Positions 49,901-64,000 of a DNA stretch of 64,000 nucleotides are shown here, in pieces. Source of the DNA: Leptogorgia sarmentosa (lineage: Eukaryota); assembly GCA_964658305.1 (NCBI GenBank), contig OZ210885.1, forward strand, positions 16,740,001 through 16,804,000, in the 5' to 3' direction. Numbering within the stretch: the first letter of the stretch is position 1; each line of letters opens with the position of its first letter. The notes under the pieces are model-generated. The model worked only from the letters and a program-made list of their open reading frames with translations. It was not told the DNA's origin and did not search any database. The position numbers were made by a program, and so were the translations under genes.

Positions 49901-52900
49901 CTTCAACTTCAGGGTTTTGTTATTGTTACACGTTTAAAAAGTGTAACTTCCATCAACAAGTGTCTACAACCATACCAGTAGGAAAATACCGATTCTCGTC
50001 TGATCACCGAAGTTAAGCCTAGGTGGGCAAAGTTAGTAGTTGGATGGGTGACCACCTGGGAATACTTTGTGTTGTAGACTTGCTTCATTTTGTTGTATGT
50101 GTGTTTGTAAGTAGGTTTGCTTTCAATTTCAACTTCAGGGTTTTGTTATTGTTACACGTTTAAAAAGTGTAACTTCCATCAATAAATGTCTACGACCATA
50201 CCAGTAGGAAAATACCGGTTCTCGTCTGATCACCGAAGTTAGGCCTAGGTGGGAAAAGTTAGTACTTGGATGGGTGACCACCTGGGAATACTTTGTGTTG
50301 TAGACTTGCTTCATTTTATTGTATGTGTGTTTGTAAATAGGTTTGGTTTCAATTTCAACTTCAGGGATTTTGTTATTGCTACATCTGGAAATATTTTGTA
50401 TTGTTGTTTTGCTAAATGTTATTTAATGCCTATTTGTAAATATAATTCCTTTCAACTTCAACTTCAGGGTTTTATTATTGTTACACGTTTAAAAAGTGTA
50501 ACTTCCATCAACAAGTGTCTACGACCATACCAGTAGGAAAATACCGGTTCTCGTCTGATCACCGAAGTTAAGCCTAGGTGGGAAAAGTTAGTACTTGGAT
50601 GGGTGACCACCAGGGAATACTTTGTGTTGTAGACTTGCTTCATTTTATTGTATGTGTGTTTGTAAATAGGTTTGCTTTCAATTTCAACTTCAGGGTTTTG
50701 TTATTGTTACATCTGGAAATACTTTGTATTGTTGTTTTGCTAAATGTTATTTAATCCCTATTTGTAAATATAATTCCTTTCAATTTCAACTTCAGGGTTT
50801 TGTTATTGTTACACGTTTAAAAAGTGTAACTTCCATCAACAAATGCCTACGACCGTACGAGTAGGAAAATACCAGTTCTCGTCTGATCACCGAAGTTAAG
50901 CCTAGGTGGGTAAAGTTAGTAGTTGGATGGGTGACCACCTGGGAATACTTTGCGTTGTAGACTTGCTTCATTTTGTTGTATGTGTGTTTGTAAGTAGGTT
51001 TGCTTTCAATTTCAACTTCAGGGTTTTGTTATTGTTACATGTTTAAAAAGTGTAACTTCCATCAACAAATGTCTACGACCATACCAGTAGGAAAATACCG
51101 GTTCTCGTCTGATCACCGAAGTTAAGCCTAGGTGGGCAAAGTTAGTACTTGGATGGGTGACTACCTGGGAATACTTTGTGTTGTAGACTTGCTTCATTTT
51201 ATTGTTTGTGTGTTTGTAAATAGGTTTGCTTTCAATTTCAACTTCAGGGTTTTGTTATTGTTACACGTTTAAAAATTGTAACTTCCATCAACAAATGTCT
51301 ACGACCATACCAGTAGGAAAATACCGGTTCTCGTCTGATCACCGAAGTTAAGCCTAGGTGGGAAAAGTTAGTACTTGGATGGGTGACCACCTGGGAATAC
51401 TTTGTGTTGTAGACTTGATTGATTTTATTGTATGTGTGTTTGTAAATAGGTTTGCTTTCAATTTCAACTTCAGGGTTTTGTTATTGTTACACGTTTAAAA
51501 AGTGTAACTTCCATCAACAAATGTCTACGACCATACCAGTAGGAAAATACCGGTTATCGTCTGATCACCGAAGTTAAGCCTAGGTGGGCAAAGTTAGTAC
51601 TTGGATGGGTGACCACCTGGGAATACTTTGTGTTGTAGACTTGCTTCATTTTGTTGTATGTGTGTTTGTAAGTAGGTTTGCTTTCAATTTCATCTTCAGG
51701 GTTTTGTTATTGTTACACGTTTAAAAAGTGTAACTTCCATCAACAAATGTCTACGACCATACCAGTAGGAAAATACCGGTTCTCGTCTGATCACCGAAGT
51801 TAAGCCTAGGTGGGCAAAGTTAGTACTTGGATGGGTGACTACCTGGGAATACTTTGTGTTGTAGACTTGCTTCATTTTATTGTATGTGTGTTTGTAAATA
51901 GGTTTGCTTTCAATTTCAACTTCAGGGTTTTGTTATTAATACACACGTTTAAAAAGTGTAACTTCCATCAACAAATGTCTACAACCATACCAGTAGGAAA
52001 ATACCGGTTCTCGTCTGATCACCGAAGTTAGGCCTAGGTGGGAAAAGTTAGTACTTGGATGGGTGACCACCTGGGAATACTTTGTGTTGTAGAGTTGCTT
52101 CATTTTATTGTATGTGTGTTTGTAAATAGGTTTGCTTTCAATTTCAACTTCAGGGTTTTGTTATTGTTACACGTTTAAAAAGTGTAACTTCCATCAACAA
52201 ATGTCTACCACCATACCAGTAGGAAAATACCGGTTCTCGTCTGATCACCGAAGTAAAGCCTAGGTGGGCAAAGTTAGTACTTGGATGGGTGACCACCTGG
52301 GAATACTTTGTGTTGTAGACTTGCTTCATTTTATTGTATGTGTGTTTGTAAGTAGGTTTGCTTTCAATTTCAACTTCAGGGTTTTGTTATTGTTACACGT
52401 TTAAAAAGTGTAAGTTCCATCAACAAATGTCTACGACCATACCAGTAGGAAAATACCGGTTCTCGTCTGATCACCGAAGTTAAGCCTAGGTGGGCAAAGT
52501 TAGTACTTGGATGGGTGACTACCTGGGAATACTTTGTGTTGTAGACTTGCTTCATTTTATTGTATGTGTGTTTGTAAATAGGTTTGCTTTCAATTTCAAC
52601 TTCAGGGTTTTGTTATTGTTACACGTTTAAAAAGTGTAACTTCCATCAACAAATGTCTACGACCATACCAGTAGGAAAATACCGGTTTTCGTCTGATCAC
52701 CGAAGTTAGGCCTAGGTGGGAAAAGTTAGTACTTGGATGGGTGACCACCAGGGAATACTTTGTGTTGTAGACTTGCTTCATTTTATTGTATGTGTGTTTG
52801 TAAATAGGTTTGCTTTCAATTTCAACTTCAGGGTTTTGTTATTGTTACATCTGGAAATACTTTGTATTGTTGTTTTGCTAAATGTTATTTAATCCCTATT

Positions 52901-55900
52901 TGTAAATATAATTCCTTTCAATTTCAACTTCAGGGTTTTGTTATTGTTACACGTTTAAAAAGTGTAACTTCCATCAACAAATGCCTACGACCGTACGAGT
53001 AGGAAAATACCGGTTCTCGTCTGATCACCGAAGTTAAGCCTAGGTGGGTAAAGTTAGTAGTTGGATGGGTGACCACCTGGGAATACTTTGCGTTGTAGAC
53101 TTGCTTCATTTTGTTGTATGTGTGTTTGTAAGTAGGTTTGCTTTCAATTTCAACTTCAGGGTTTTGTTATTGTTACATGTTTAAAAAGTGTAACTTCCAT
53201 CAACAAATGTCTACGACCATACCAGTAGGAAAATACCGGTTCTCGTCTGATCACCGAAGTTAAGCCTAGGTGGGCAAAGTTAGTACTTGGATGGGTGACT
53301 ACCTGGGAATACTTTGTGTTGTAGACTTGCTTCATTTTATTGTTTGTGTGTTTGTAAATAGGTTTGCTTTCAATTTCAACTTCAGGGTTTTGTTATTGTT
53401 ACACGTTTAAAAATTGTAACTTCCATCAACAAATGTCTACGACCATACCAGTAGGAAAATACCGGTTCTCGTCTGATCACCGAAGTTAAGCCTAGGTTGG
53501 AAAAGTTAGTACTTGGATGGGTGACCACCTGGGAATACTTTGTGTTGTAGACTTGATTGTTTTTATTGTATGTGTGTTTGTAAATAGGTTTGCTTTCAAT
53601 TTCAACTTCAGGGTTTTGTTATTGTTACACGTTTAAAAAGTGTAACTTCCATCAACAAATGTCTACGACCATACCAGTAGGAAAATACCGGTTATCGTCT
53701 GATCACCGAAGTTAAGCCTAGGTGGGCAAAGTTAGTACTTGGATGGGTGACCACCTGGGAATACTTTGTGTTGTAGACTTGCTTCATTTTGTTGTATGTG
53801 TGTTTGTAAGTAGGTTTGCTTTCAATTTCATCTTCAGGGTTTTGTTATTGTTACACGTTTAAAAAGTGTAACTTCCATCAACAAATGTCTACGACCATAC
53901 CAGTAGGAAAATACCGGTTCTCGTCTGATCACCGAAGTTAAGCCTAGGTGGGCAAAGTTAGTACTTGGATGGGTGACTACCTGGGAATACTTTGTGTTGT
54001 AGACTTGCTTCATTTTATTGTATGTGTGTTTGTAAATAGGTTTGCTTTCAATTTCAACTTCAGGGTTTTGTTATTAATACACACGTTTAAAAAGTGTAAC
54101 TTCCATCAACAAATGTCTACAACCATACCAGTAGGAAAATACCGGTTCTCGTCTGATCACCGAAGTTAGGCCTAGGTGGGAAAAGTTAGTACTTGGATGG
54201 GTGACCACCTGGGAATACTTTGTGTTGTAGACTTGCTTCATTTTATTGTATGTGTGTTTGTAAATAGGTTTGCTTTCAATTTCAACTTCAGGGTTTTGTT
54301 ATTGTTACACGTTTAAAAAGTGTAACTTCCATCAACAAATGTCTACCACCATACCAGTAGGAAAATACCGGTTCTCGTCTGATCACCGAAGTAAAGCCTA
54401 GGTGGGCAAAGTTAGTACTTGGATGGGTGACCACCTGGGAATACTTTGTGTTGTAGACTTGCTTCATTTTATTGTATGTGTGTTTGTAAGTAGGTTTGCT
54501 TTCAATTTCAACTTCAGGGTTTTGTTATTGTTACACGTTTAAAAAGTGTAAGTTCCATCAACAAATGTCTACGACCATACCAGTAGGAAAATACCGGTTC
54601 TCGTCTGATCACCGAAGTTAAGCCTAGGTGGGCAAAGTTAGTACTTGGATGGGTGACTACCTGGGAATACTTTGTGTTGTAGACTTGCTTCATTTTATTG
54701 TATGTGTGTTTGTAAATAGGTTTGCTTTCAATTTCAACTTCAGGGTTTTGTTATTGTTACACGTTTAAAAAGTGTAACTTCCATCAACAAATGTCTACGA
54801 CCATACCAGTAGGAAAATACCGGTTTTCGTCTGATCACCGAAGTTAGGCCTAGGTGGGAAAAGTTAGTACTTGGATGGGTGACCACCTGGGAATACTTTG
54901 TGTTGTAGACTTGCTTCATTTTATTGTATGTGTGTTTGTAAATAGGTTTGCTTTCAATTTCAACTTCAGGGATTTTGTTATTGCTACATCTGGAAATATT
55001 TTGTATTGTTGTTTTGCTAAATGTTATTTAATGCCTATTTGTAAATATAATTCCTTTCAACTTCAACTTCAGGGTTTTATTATTGTTACACGTTTAAAAA
55101 GTGTAACTTCCATCAACAAGTGTCTACGACCATACCAGTAGGAAAATACCGGTTCTCGTCTGATCACCGAAGTTAAGCCTAGGTGGGAAAAGTTAGTACT
55201 TGGATGGGTGACCACCTGGGAATACTTTGTGTTGTAGACTTGCTTCATTTTATTGTATGTGTGTTTGTAAATAGGTTTGCTTTCAATTTCAACTTCAGGG
55301 TTTTGTTATTGTTACACGTTTAAAAAGTGTAACTTCCATCAACAAATGTCTACGACCATACCAGTAGGAAAATACCGGTTCTCGTCTGATCACCAAAGTT
55401 AAGCCTAGGTGGGCAAAGTTAGTACTTGGATGGGTGACTACCTGGGAATACTTTGTGTTGTAGACTTGCTTCATTTTATTGTATGTGTGTTTGTAAATAG
55501 GTTTGCTTTCAATTTCAACTTCAGGGTTTTGTTATTGTTACACGTTTAAAAAGTGTAACTTCCATCAACAAATGTCTACGACCATACCAGTAGGAAAATA
55601 CCGGTTCTCGTCTGATCACCAAAGTTAAGCCTAGGTGGGCAAAGTTAGTACTTGGATGGGTGACTACCTGGGAATACTTTGTGTTGTAGACTTGCTTCAT
55701 TTTATTGTATGTGTGTTTGTAAATAGGTTTGCTTTCAATTTCAACTTCAGGGTTTTGTTATTGTTACACGTTTAAAAAGTGTAACTTCCATCAACAAATG
55801 TCTACAACCATACCAGTAGGAAAATACCGGTTCTCGTCTGATCACCGAAGTTAGGCCTAGGTGGGAAAAGTTAGTACTTGGATGGGTGACCACCTGGGAA

Positions 55901-58900
55901 TACTTTGTGTTGTAGACTTGCTTCATTTTATTGTATGTGTGTTTGTAAATAGGTTTGCTTTCAATTTCAACTTCAGGGTTTTGTTATTGTTACACGTTTA
56001 AAAAGTGTAACTTCCATCAACAAATGTCTACGACCATACCAGTAGGAAAATACCGGTTCTCGTCTGATCACCGAAGTTAGGCCTAGGTGGGAAAAGTTTG
56101 TACTTGGATGGGTGACCACCTGGGAATACTTTGTGTTGTAGACTTGCTTCATTTTATTGTATGTGTGTTTGTAAATAGGTTTGCTTTCAATTTCAACTTC
56201 AGGGTTTTGTTATTGTTACACGTTTAAAAAGTGTAACTTCCATCAACAAATGTCTACGACCATACCAGTAGGAAAATACCGGTTCTCGTCTGATCACCGA
56301 AGTTAAGCCTAGGTGGGCAAAGTTAGTACTTGGATGGGTGACCACCTGGGAATACTTTGTGTTGTAGACTTGCTTCATTTTATTGTATGTGTGTTTGTAA
56401 ATAGGTTTGCTTTCAATTTCACCTTCAGGGTTTTGTTATTGTTACACGTTTAAAAAGTGTAACTTCCATCAACAAATGTCTACGACCATACCAGTAGGAA
56501 AATACCGGTTCTCGTCTGATCACCGAACTTAAGCCTAGGTGGGAACAGTTAGTACTTGGATGGGTGACCACCTGGGAATACTTTGTGTTGTAGACTTGCT
56601 TCATTTTATTGTATGTGTGTTTGTAAATAGGTTTGCTTTCAATTTCAACTTCAGGGTTTTGTTATTGTTACACATTTAAAAAGTGTAACTTCCATCAACA
56701 AATGTCTACGACCATACCAGTAGGAAAATACCGGTTCTCGTCTGATCACCGAAGTTAAGCCTAGGTGGGCAAAGTTAGTACTTGGATGGGTGACCACCTG
56801 GGAATACTTTGTGTTGTAGACTTGCTTCGTTTTATTGTATGTGTGTTCGTAAATAGGTTTGCTTTCAATTTCAACTTCAGGGATTTTGTTATTGCTATAT
56901 CTGGAAATACTTTGTATTGTTGTTTTCCTAAATGTTATTTAATCCCTATTTGTAAATATAATTCCTTTCAATTTCAACTTCAGGGTTTTGTTATTGTTAC
57001 ACATTTAAAAAGTGTAACTTGCATCAACAAATGTCTACGACCGTACGAGTAGGAAAATACCGGTTCTCGTCTGATCACCGAAGTTAAGCCTAGGTGGGCA
57101 AAGTTAGTATTTGCATGGGTGACCACCTGGGAATACTTTGTGTTGTAGACTTACTTCATTTTATTGCATGTGTGTTTGTAAATAGGTTTGCTTTCAATGT
57201 AAACTTCAGGGATTTTGTTATTGCTACATCTGGAAATACTTTGTATTGTTGTTTTGCTAAATGTTATTTAATGCCTATTTGTAAATATAATTCCTTTCAA
57301 CTTCAACTTCAGGGTTTTGTTATTGTTACACGTTTAAAAAGTGTAACTTCCATCAACAAGTGTCTACAACCATACCAGTAGGAAAATACCGATTCTCGTC
57401 TGATCACCGAAGTTAAGCCTAGGTGGGCAAAGTTAGTAGTTGGATGGGTGACCACCTGGGAATACTTTGTGTTGTAGACTTGCTTCATTTTGTTGTATGT
57501 GTGTTTGTAAGTAGGTTTGCTTTCAATTTCAACTTCAGGGTTTTGTTATTGTTACACGTTTAAAAAGTGTAACTTCCATCAATAAATGTCTACGACCATA
57601 CCAGTAGGAAAATACCGGTTCTCGTCTGATCACCGAAGTTAGGCCTAGGTGGGAAAAGTTAGTACTTGGATGGGTGACCACCTGGGAATACTTTGTGTTG
57701 TAGACTTGCTTCATTTTATTGTATGTGTGTTTGTAAATAGGTTTGCTTTCAATTTCAACTTCAGGGATTTTGTTATTGCTACATCTGGAAATATTTTGTA
57801 TTGTTGTTTTGCTAAATGTTATTTAATGCCTATTTGTAAATATAATTCCTTTCAACTTCAACTTCAGGGTTTTATTATTGTTACACGTTTAAAAAGTGTA
57901 ACTTCCATCAACAAGTGTCTACGACCATACCAGTAGGAAAATACCGGTTCTCGTCTGATCACCGAAGTTAAGCCTAGGTGGGAAAAGTTAGTACTTGGAT
58001 GGGTGACCACCTGGGAATACTTTGTGTTGTAGACTTGCTTCATTTTATTGTATGTGTGTTTGTAAATAGGTTTGCTTTCAATGTAAACTTCAGGGATTTT
58101 GTTATTGCTACATCTGGAAATACTTTGTATTGTTGTTTTCCTAAATGTTATTTAATGCCTATTTGTAAATATAATTCCTTTCAATTTCAACTTCAGGGTT
58201 TTGTTATTGTTACACATTTAAAAAGTGTAACTTGCATCAACAAATGTCTACGACCGTACGAGTAGGAAAATACCGGTTCTCGTCTGATCACCGAAGTTAA
58301 GCCTAGGTGGGCAAAGTTAGTACTTGGATGGGTGACTACCTGCGAATACTTTGTGTTGTAGACTTGCTTCATTTTATTGTATGTGTGTTTGTAAATATAA
58401 TTCCTTTCAATCTCAACTTCAGGGTTTTGTTATTGTTACACGTTTAAAAAGTGTAACTTCCATCAATAAATGTCTACGACCATACCACTAGGAAAATACC
58501 GGTTCTCGTCTGATCACCGAAGTTAAGCGTAGGTGGGAAAAGTTAGTACTTGGATGGGTGACCACCTGGGAATACTTTGTGTTGTAGATTTGCTTCATTT
58601 TATTGTATTTGTGTTTTTAAATAGGTTTGCTTTCAATTTCAACTTCAGGGTTTTGTTATTGTTACACGTTTAAAAAGTGTAACTTCCATCAACGAATGTC
58701 TACGACCATACCAGTAGGAAAATACCGGTTCTCGTCTGATCACTGAAGTTAGGCCTAGGTAGGCAAAGTTAGTACTTGGATGGGTGACCACCTGGGAATA
58801 CTTTGTGTTGTAGACTTGCTTCATTTTATTGTATGTGTGTTTGTAAATAGGTTTGCTTTCAATGTAAACTTCAGGGATTTTGTTATTGCTACATCTGGAA

Positions 58901-61900
58901 ATACTTTGTATTGTTGTTTTGCTAAATGTTATTTAATCCCTATTTGTAAATATAATTCCTTTCAATTTCAACTTCAGGGTTCTGTTATTGTTACACGTTT
59001 AAAAAGTGTAACTTCCATCAACAAATGCCTACGACCGTACGAGTAGGAAAATACCGGTTCTCGTCTGATCACCGAAGTTAAGCCTAGGTGGGTAAAGTTA
59101 GCAGTTGGATGGGTGACCACCTGGGAATACTTTGCGTTGTAGACTTGCTTCATTTTGTTGTATGTGTGTTTGTAAGTAGGTTTGCTTTCAATTTCAACTT
59201 CAGGGTTTTGTTATTGTTACACGTTTAAAAAGTGTAACTTCCATCAACAAATGTCTACCACCATACCAGTAGGAAAATACCGGTTCTCGTCTGATCACCG
59301 AAGTTAAGCCTAGGTGGGCAAAGTTAGTACTTGGATGGGTGACTACCTGGGAATACTTTGTGTTGTAGACTTGCTTCATTTTATTGTTTGTGTGTTTGTA
59401 AATAGGTTTGCTTTCAATTTCAACTTCAGGGTTTTGTTATTGTTACACGTTTAAAAAGTGTAACTTCCATCAACAAATGTCTACGACCATACCAGTAGGA
59501 AAATACCGGTTCTCGTCTGATCACCGAAGTTAAGCCTAGGTGGGCAAAGTTAGTACTTGGATGGGTGACCACCTGGGAATACTTTGTGTTGTAGACTTGC
59601 TTCATTTTGTTGTATGTGTGTTTGTAAGTAGGTTTGCTTTCAATTTCAACTTCAGGGTTTTGTTATTGTTACACGTTTAAAAAGTGTAACTTCCATCAAC
59701 AAATGTCTACGACCATACCAGTAGGAAAATACCGGTTCTCGTCTGATCACCGAAGTTAAGCCTAGGTGGGCAAAGTTAGTACTTGGATGGGTGACTACCT
59801 GGGAATACTTTGTGTTGTAGACTTGCTTCATTTTATTGTATGTGTGTTTGTAAATAGGTTTGCTTTCAATTTCAACTTCAGGGTTTTGTTATTAATACAC
59901 ACGTTTAAAAAGTGTAACTTCCATCAACAAATGTCTACAACCATACCAGTAGGAAAATACCGGTTCTCGTCTGATCACCGAAGTTAGGCCTAGGTGGGAA
60001 AAGTTAGTACTTGGATGGGTGACCACCTGGGAATACTTTGTGTTGTAGACTTGCTTCATTTTATTGTATGTGTGTTTGTAAATAGGTTTGCTTTCAATTT
60101 CAACTTCAGGGATTTTGTTATTGCTACATCTGGAAATACTTTGTATTGTTGTTTTGCTAAATGTTATTTAATGCCTATTTGTAAATATAATTCCTTTCAA
60201 CTTCAACTTCAGGGTTTTGTTATTGTTACACGTTTAAAAAGTGTAACTTCCATCAACAAGTGTCTACAACCATACCAGTAGGAAAATACCGATTCTCGTC
60301 TGATCACCGAAGTTAAGCCTAGGTGGGCAAAGTTAGTAGTTGGATGGGTGACCACCTGGGAATACTTTGTGTTGTAGACTTGCTTCATTTTGTTGTATGT
60401 GTGTTTGTAAGTAGGTTTGCTTTCAATTTCAACTTCAGGGTTTTGTTATTGTTACACGTTTAAAAAGTGTAACTTCCATCAATAAATGTCTACGACCATA
60501 CCAGTAGGAAAATACCGGTTCTCGTCTGATCACCGAAGTTAGGCCTAGGTGGGAAAAGTTAGTACTTGGATGGGTGACCACCTGGGAATACTTTGTGTTG
60601 TAGACTTGCTTCATTTTATTGTATGTGTGTTTGTAAATAGGTTTGCTTTCAATTTCAACTTCAGGGATTTTGTTATTGCTACATCTGGAAATATTTTGTA
60701 TTGTTGTTTTGCTAAATGTTATTTAATGCCTATTTGTAAATATAATTCCTTTCAACTTCAACTTCAGGGTTTTATTATTGTTACACGTTTAAAAAGTGTA
60801 ACTTCCATCAACAAGTGTCTACGACCATACCAGTAGGAAAATACCGGTTCTCGTCTGATCACCGAAGTTAAGCCTAGGTGGGAAAAGTTAGTACTTGGAT
60901 GGGTGACCACCTGGGAATACTTTGTGTTGTAGACTTGCTTCATTTTATTGTATGTGTGTTTGTAAATAGGTTTGCTTTCAATTTCAACTTCAGGGTTTTG
61001 TTATTGTTACACGTTTAAAAAGTGTAACTTCCATCAACAAATGTCTACGACCATACCAGTAGGAAAATACCGGTTCTCGTCTGATCACCGAAGTTAAGCC
61101 TAGGTGGGCAAAGTTAGTACTTGGATGGGTGACCACCTGGGAATACTTTGTGTTGTAGACTTGCTTCATTTTATTGTATGTGTGTTTGTAAATAGGTTTG
61201 CTTTCAATGTAAACTTCAGGGATTTTGTTATTGCTACATCTGGAAATACTTTGTATTGTTGTTTTCCTAAATGTTATTTAATGCCTATTTGTAAATATAA
61301 TTCCTTTCAACTTCAACTTCAGGGTTTTGTTATTGTTACACGTTTAAAAAGTGTAACTTCCATCAACAAGTGTCTACAACCATACCAGTAGGAAAATACC
61401 GATTCTCGTCTGATCACCGAAGTTAAGCCTAGGTGGGCAAAGTTAGTAGTTGGATGGGTGACCACCTGGGAATACTTTGTGTTGTAGACTTGCTTCATTT
61501 TGTTGTATGTGTGTTTGTAAGTAGGTTTGCTTTCAATTTCAACTTCAGGGTTTTGTTATTGTTACACGTTTAAAAAGTGTAACTTCCATCAATAAATGTC
61601 TACGACCATACCAGTAGGAAAACACCGGTTCTCGTCTGATCACCGAAGTTAGGCCTAGGTGGGAAAAGTTAGTACTTGGATGGGTGACCACCTGGGAATA
61701 CTTTGTGTTGTAGACTTGCTTCATTTTATTGTATGTGTGTTTGTAAATAGGTTTGCTTTCAATTTCAACTTCAGGGATTTTGTTATTGCTACATCTGGAA
61801 ATATTTTGTATTGTTGTTTTGCTAAATGTTATTTAATGCCTATTTGTAAATATAATTCCTTTCAACTTCAACTTCAGGGTTTTATTATTGTTACACGTTT

Positions 61901-63937
61901 AAAAAGTGTAACTTCCATCAACAAGTGTCTACGACCATACCAGTAGGAAAATACCGGTTCTCGTCTGATCACCGAAGTTAAGCCTAGGTGGGAAAAGTTA
62001 GTACTTGGATGGGTGACCACCTGGGAATACTTTGTGTTGTAGACTTGCTTCATTTTATTGTATGTGTGTTTGTAAATAGGTTTGCTTTCAATTTCAACTT
62101 CAGGGTTTTGTTATTGTTACACGTTTAAAAAGTGTAACTTCCATCAACAAATGTCTACGACCATACCAGTAGGAAAATACCGGTTCTCGTCTGATCACCG
62201 AAGTTAAGCCTAGGTGGGCAAAGTTAGTACTTGGATGGGTGACCACCTGGGAATACTTTGTGTTGTAGACTTGCTTCATTTTATTGTATGTGTGTTTGTA
62301 AATAGGTTTGCTTTCAATGTAAACTTCAGGGATTTTGTTATTGCTACATCTGGAAATACTTTGTATTGTTGTTTTCCTAAATGTTATTTAATGCCTATTT
62401 GTAAATATAATTCCTTTCAATTTCAAGTTCAGGGTTTTGTTATTGTTACACATTTAAAAAGTGTAACTTGCATCAACAAATGTCTACGACCGTACGAGTA
62501 GGAAAATACCGGTTCTCGTCTGATCACCGAAGTTAAGCCTAGGTGGGCAAAGTTAGTACTTGGATGGGTGACTACCTGCGAATACTTTGTGTTGTAGACT
62601 TGCTTCATTTTATTGTATGTGTGTTTGTAAATATAATTCCTTTCAATCTCAACTTCAGGGTTTTGTTATTGTTACACGTTTAAAAAGTGTAACTTCCATC
62701 AATAAATGTCTACGACCATACCACTAGGAAAATACCGGTTCTCGTCTGATCACCGAAGTTAAGCGTAGGTGGGAAAAGTTAGTACTTGGATGGGTGACCA
62801 CCTGGGAATAATTTGTGTTGTAGATTTGCTTCATTTTATTGTATGTGTGTTTTTAAATAGGTTTGCTTTCAATTTCAACTTCAGGGTTTTGTTATTGTTA
62901 CACGTTTAAAAAGTGTAACTTCCATCAACAAATGTCTACGACCATACCAGTAGGAAAATACCGGTTCTCGTCTGATCACTGAAGTTAGGCCTAGGTAGGC
63001 AAAGTTAGTACTTGGATGGGTGACCACCTGGGAATACTTTGTGTTGTAGACTTGCTTCATTTTATTGTATGTGTGTTTGTAAATAGGTTTGCTTTCAATG
63101 TAAACTTCAGGGATTTTGTTATTGCTACATCTGGAAATACTTTGTATTGTTGTTTTGCTAAATGTTATTTAATCCCTATTTGTAAATATAATTCCTTTCA
63201 ATTTCAACTTCAGGGTTCTGTTATTGTTACACGTTTAAAAAGTGTAACTTCCATCAAATGCCTACGACCGTACGAGTAGGAAAATACCGGTTCTCGTCTG
63301 ATCACCGAAGTTAAGCCTAGGTGGGTAAAGTTAGCAGTTGGATGGGTGACCACCTGGGAATACTTTGCGTTGTAGACTTGCTTCATTTTGTTGTATGTGT
63401 GTTTGTAAGTAGGTTTGCTTTCAATTTCAACTTCAGGGTTTTGTTATTGTTACACGTTTAAAAAGTGTAACTTCCATCAACAAATGTCTACGACCATACC
63501 AGTAGGAAAATACCGGTTCTCGTCTGATCACCGAAGTTAAGCCTAGGTGGGGAAAGTTAGTACTTGGATGGGTGACTACCTGGGAATACTTTGTGTTGTA
63601 GACTTGCTTCATTTTATTGTTTGTGTGTTTGTAAATAGGTTTGCTTCCAATTTCAACTTCAGGGTTTTGTTATTGTTACACGTTTAAAAAGTGTAACTTC
63701 CATCAACAAATGTCTACGACCATACCAGTAGGAAAATACCGGTTCTCGTCTGATCACCGAAGTTAAGCCTAGGTGGGCAAAGTTAGTACTTGGATGGGTG
63801 ACCACCTGGGAATACTTTGTGTTGTAGACTTGCTTCATTTTGTTGTATGTGTGTTTGTAAGTAGGTTTGCTTTCAATTTCAACTTCAGGGTTTTGTTATT
63901 GTTACACGTTTAAAAAGTGTAACTTCCATCAACAAAT

Positions 63938-64000
63938 GTCTACGACCATACCAGTAGGAAAATACCGGTTCTCGTCTGATCACCGAAGTTAAGCCTAGGT
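63938..64000 (+). rRNA. 5S rRNA: 5S rRNA gene, 5' part (truncated by the window edge)
   Basis: Gene positions 1-63 are present. Confidence 0.9.

Larger units (their letters stand above)
1..64000 (+). repeat. 5S rDNA tandem array, about 250 head-to-tail units of 226 bp and 329 bp; extends beyond both window edges
   Basis: Gene starts recur at 224, 450, 779, 1005, 1231, 1560 and onward, with steps of 226 or 329 bp, up to a partial copy at 63938. No unrelated sequence was seen apart from the N gap. Copy number was estimated as (64000 - 66x103 - gap - small indels)/226. Confidence 0.98.
224..64000 (+). rRNA. 5S rRNA: Cluster of about 250 eukaryotic 5S rRNA genes and variants (RNA polymerase III type 1)
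   Basis: The 120-nt unit has eukaryotic 5S hallmarks: CCATACC, loop C TCTCGTCTGATC, box A GAAGTTAAGC, loop E GTTAGTA, box C GGATGGGTGACC and GGGAATAC. Helix I GTCTACGAC(1-9) pairs with GTTGTAGAC(110-118). Confidence 0.97.

Noticed and set aside
13..63279. Dozens of near-identical 60-95 aa ORFs on the + strand (MGKVSTWMGDHLG...)
   Set aside because: Most start at a GTG or ATG inside the 5S gene and read through AT-rich spacer. They appear only where unit length happens to keep the frame open and resemble no protein family I recognise.
1..64000. CRISPR-like repeat-spacer pattern
   Set aside because: The intervening sequences are near-identical rather than unique, the repeat is a 120-nt rRNA gene, and there are no cas genes.
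1..64000. Assignment to a specific organism
   Set aside because: The gene looks animal-type, probably invertebrate, but is too divergent to place without a database search.

Overview
The whole 64 kb is one eukaryotic (animal-type) 5S rDNA tandem array on the + strand, with roughly 250 head-to-tail 5S rRNA genes (estimated from unit lengths, not counted one by one). Consensus gene, 120 nt: GTCTACGACCATACCAGTAGGAAAATACCGGTTCTCGTCTGATCACCGAAGTTAAGCCTAGGTGGGCAAAGTTAGTACTTGGATGGGTGACCACCTGGGAATACTTTGTGTTGTAGACTT. Two unit lengths are interspersed: 226 bp (120 gene + 106 spacer) and 329 bp (about 66 copies). The extra 103 bp of the long unit is itself a diverged repeat unit that has lost its 5' part and keeps a 3' fragment of 5S. 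Units form multi-kb higher-order repeats, and two related arms about 33-35 kb apart flank a central zone (about 31.6-40.4 kb) rich in indel-damaged copies. There is one 100-N scaffold gap. I see no credible protein-coding gene, CRISPR array or mobile element; the ORFs in the track are by-products of the repeat. I found no evidence of a new protein-based system. The interest lies in the divergent 5S type and in the array's architecture and mutation record.
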